Of a stretch of DNA of 64,000 bases, positions 63,250 to 64,000 are shown piece after piece. The stretch lies in NCBI RefSeq assembly GCF_006345805.1, contig NC_043000.1:73904001-73968000 (forward strand). The letters are read 5' to 3'. Origin of the DNA: Octopus sinensis. Lineage: Eukaryota. Position 1 is the stretch's first letter. Each line of letters opens with the position of its first letter. A program made the position numbers and the translations under genes. The notes under the pieces were generated by a model. That model had not been told where the DNA came from. It worked only from the letters and a program-made list of their open reading frames with translations, and did no database searches.

Positions 63250-64000
63250 TGTTCAGTTCTTGAATTTAGACATGTAGCGAGGTGCAAGGAACTTTTCCAG
63301 ATGAATCATCTTTCTATATTACAAAGACTGCATTTGCCACAACCGTTGGTATAAGGTTTACACTTGGCCAAGATATTCTAGTAAATCCTATAGTTGACAC
63401 CTTGTTCTTTTAAGAACCATATATAACTGGATAATTTGGTAGTTTTTTGTTTATTCCAGTGTCTGAAGCTTAAGATGTGATTGTTGAACCTTGCTTTGAA
63501 ATTTCTTTCTGTGAGATCCATGTACCTCTTGGATGAAACTGTGTTATTAGCGTTCATAGAATTTACGGTGGCTTCATAAATAATGGTCTCGGTCATACAG
63601 GCTCCATTTAGCAGGCAAAAGTCTTTATCCCTGCAGGAACAGTTGGCTTTGTGTTGTTGTGTTGCATTGTGTGTAATTATGTCTTTAAAGTTTGGGGTTG
63701 AACTAAAACTAATTTTTAGATTATGCCTATTGAAGAGTTTCCTATATTTATGATGTATCGGAAAATGTCTATCTATAAGTGACAAGAAATATTTTACCTT
63801 TATTAAAGGTCACTTCGGGGGAGTAAGGGCTTGTGAACAAGATAATTTTCTCGTGTCTATGTTTTCTTTTCTTTATTTCTTGCCTAAAAGTAGGCATGTA
63901 AGCTATTTCCTCTTTAAATCCTCTAGCTTTAAGAACATTGTTATATAGTGGGGCAGCATTATTAAATATGTTTATATTGGAGGAGAGGCCAGAAATTCTC
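63250..64000 (-). mobile_element. Penelope-like (Naiad-like) element 3' part: RT thumb + GIY-YIG
   Basis: KYRKLFNRHNLKISFS; CSCRDKDFCLLNGAC..IIYEA..RYMDLTE..KARFNNH..LSSYIWFLK. Confidence 0.85.

Overview
Repeat-dense, AT-rich animal DNA. The microsatellite load, RTE LINEs with (GAT)n tails and tRNA-SINEs suggest Octopus, but that is an inference. I cannot confidently call any host gene. Most listed ORFs are microsatellite read-throughs or decayed transposon frames. Contents: a dead hAT transposase; two mariner copies; one Tc1 plus Tc1/mariner fragments and MITEs; at least 10 RTE LINE pieces; a long CR1-like LINE cut by a 100-N gap; a decayed Gypsy element; probable mini-Helitrons; SINEs; and six Penelope-like elements (PLEs, RT + GIY-YIG). 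The most interesting signal is RNA structure. About ten hammerhead-ribozyme (HHR) motifs sit in PLE terminal repeats and in a dispersed ~200-bp repeat, and the latter's four copies all carry U at the conserved core position A6. Other signals: recurrent snap-back inverted duplications at RTE tails and PLE 5' ends, and a covarying 3' stem-loop shared by a SINE and CR1 LINEs. All alignments, translations and folds were done by eye; boundaries are approximate unless termini are quoted.
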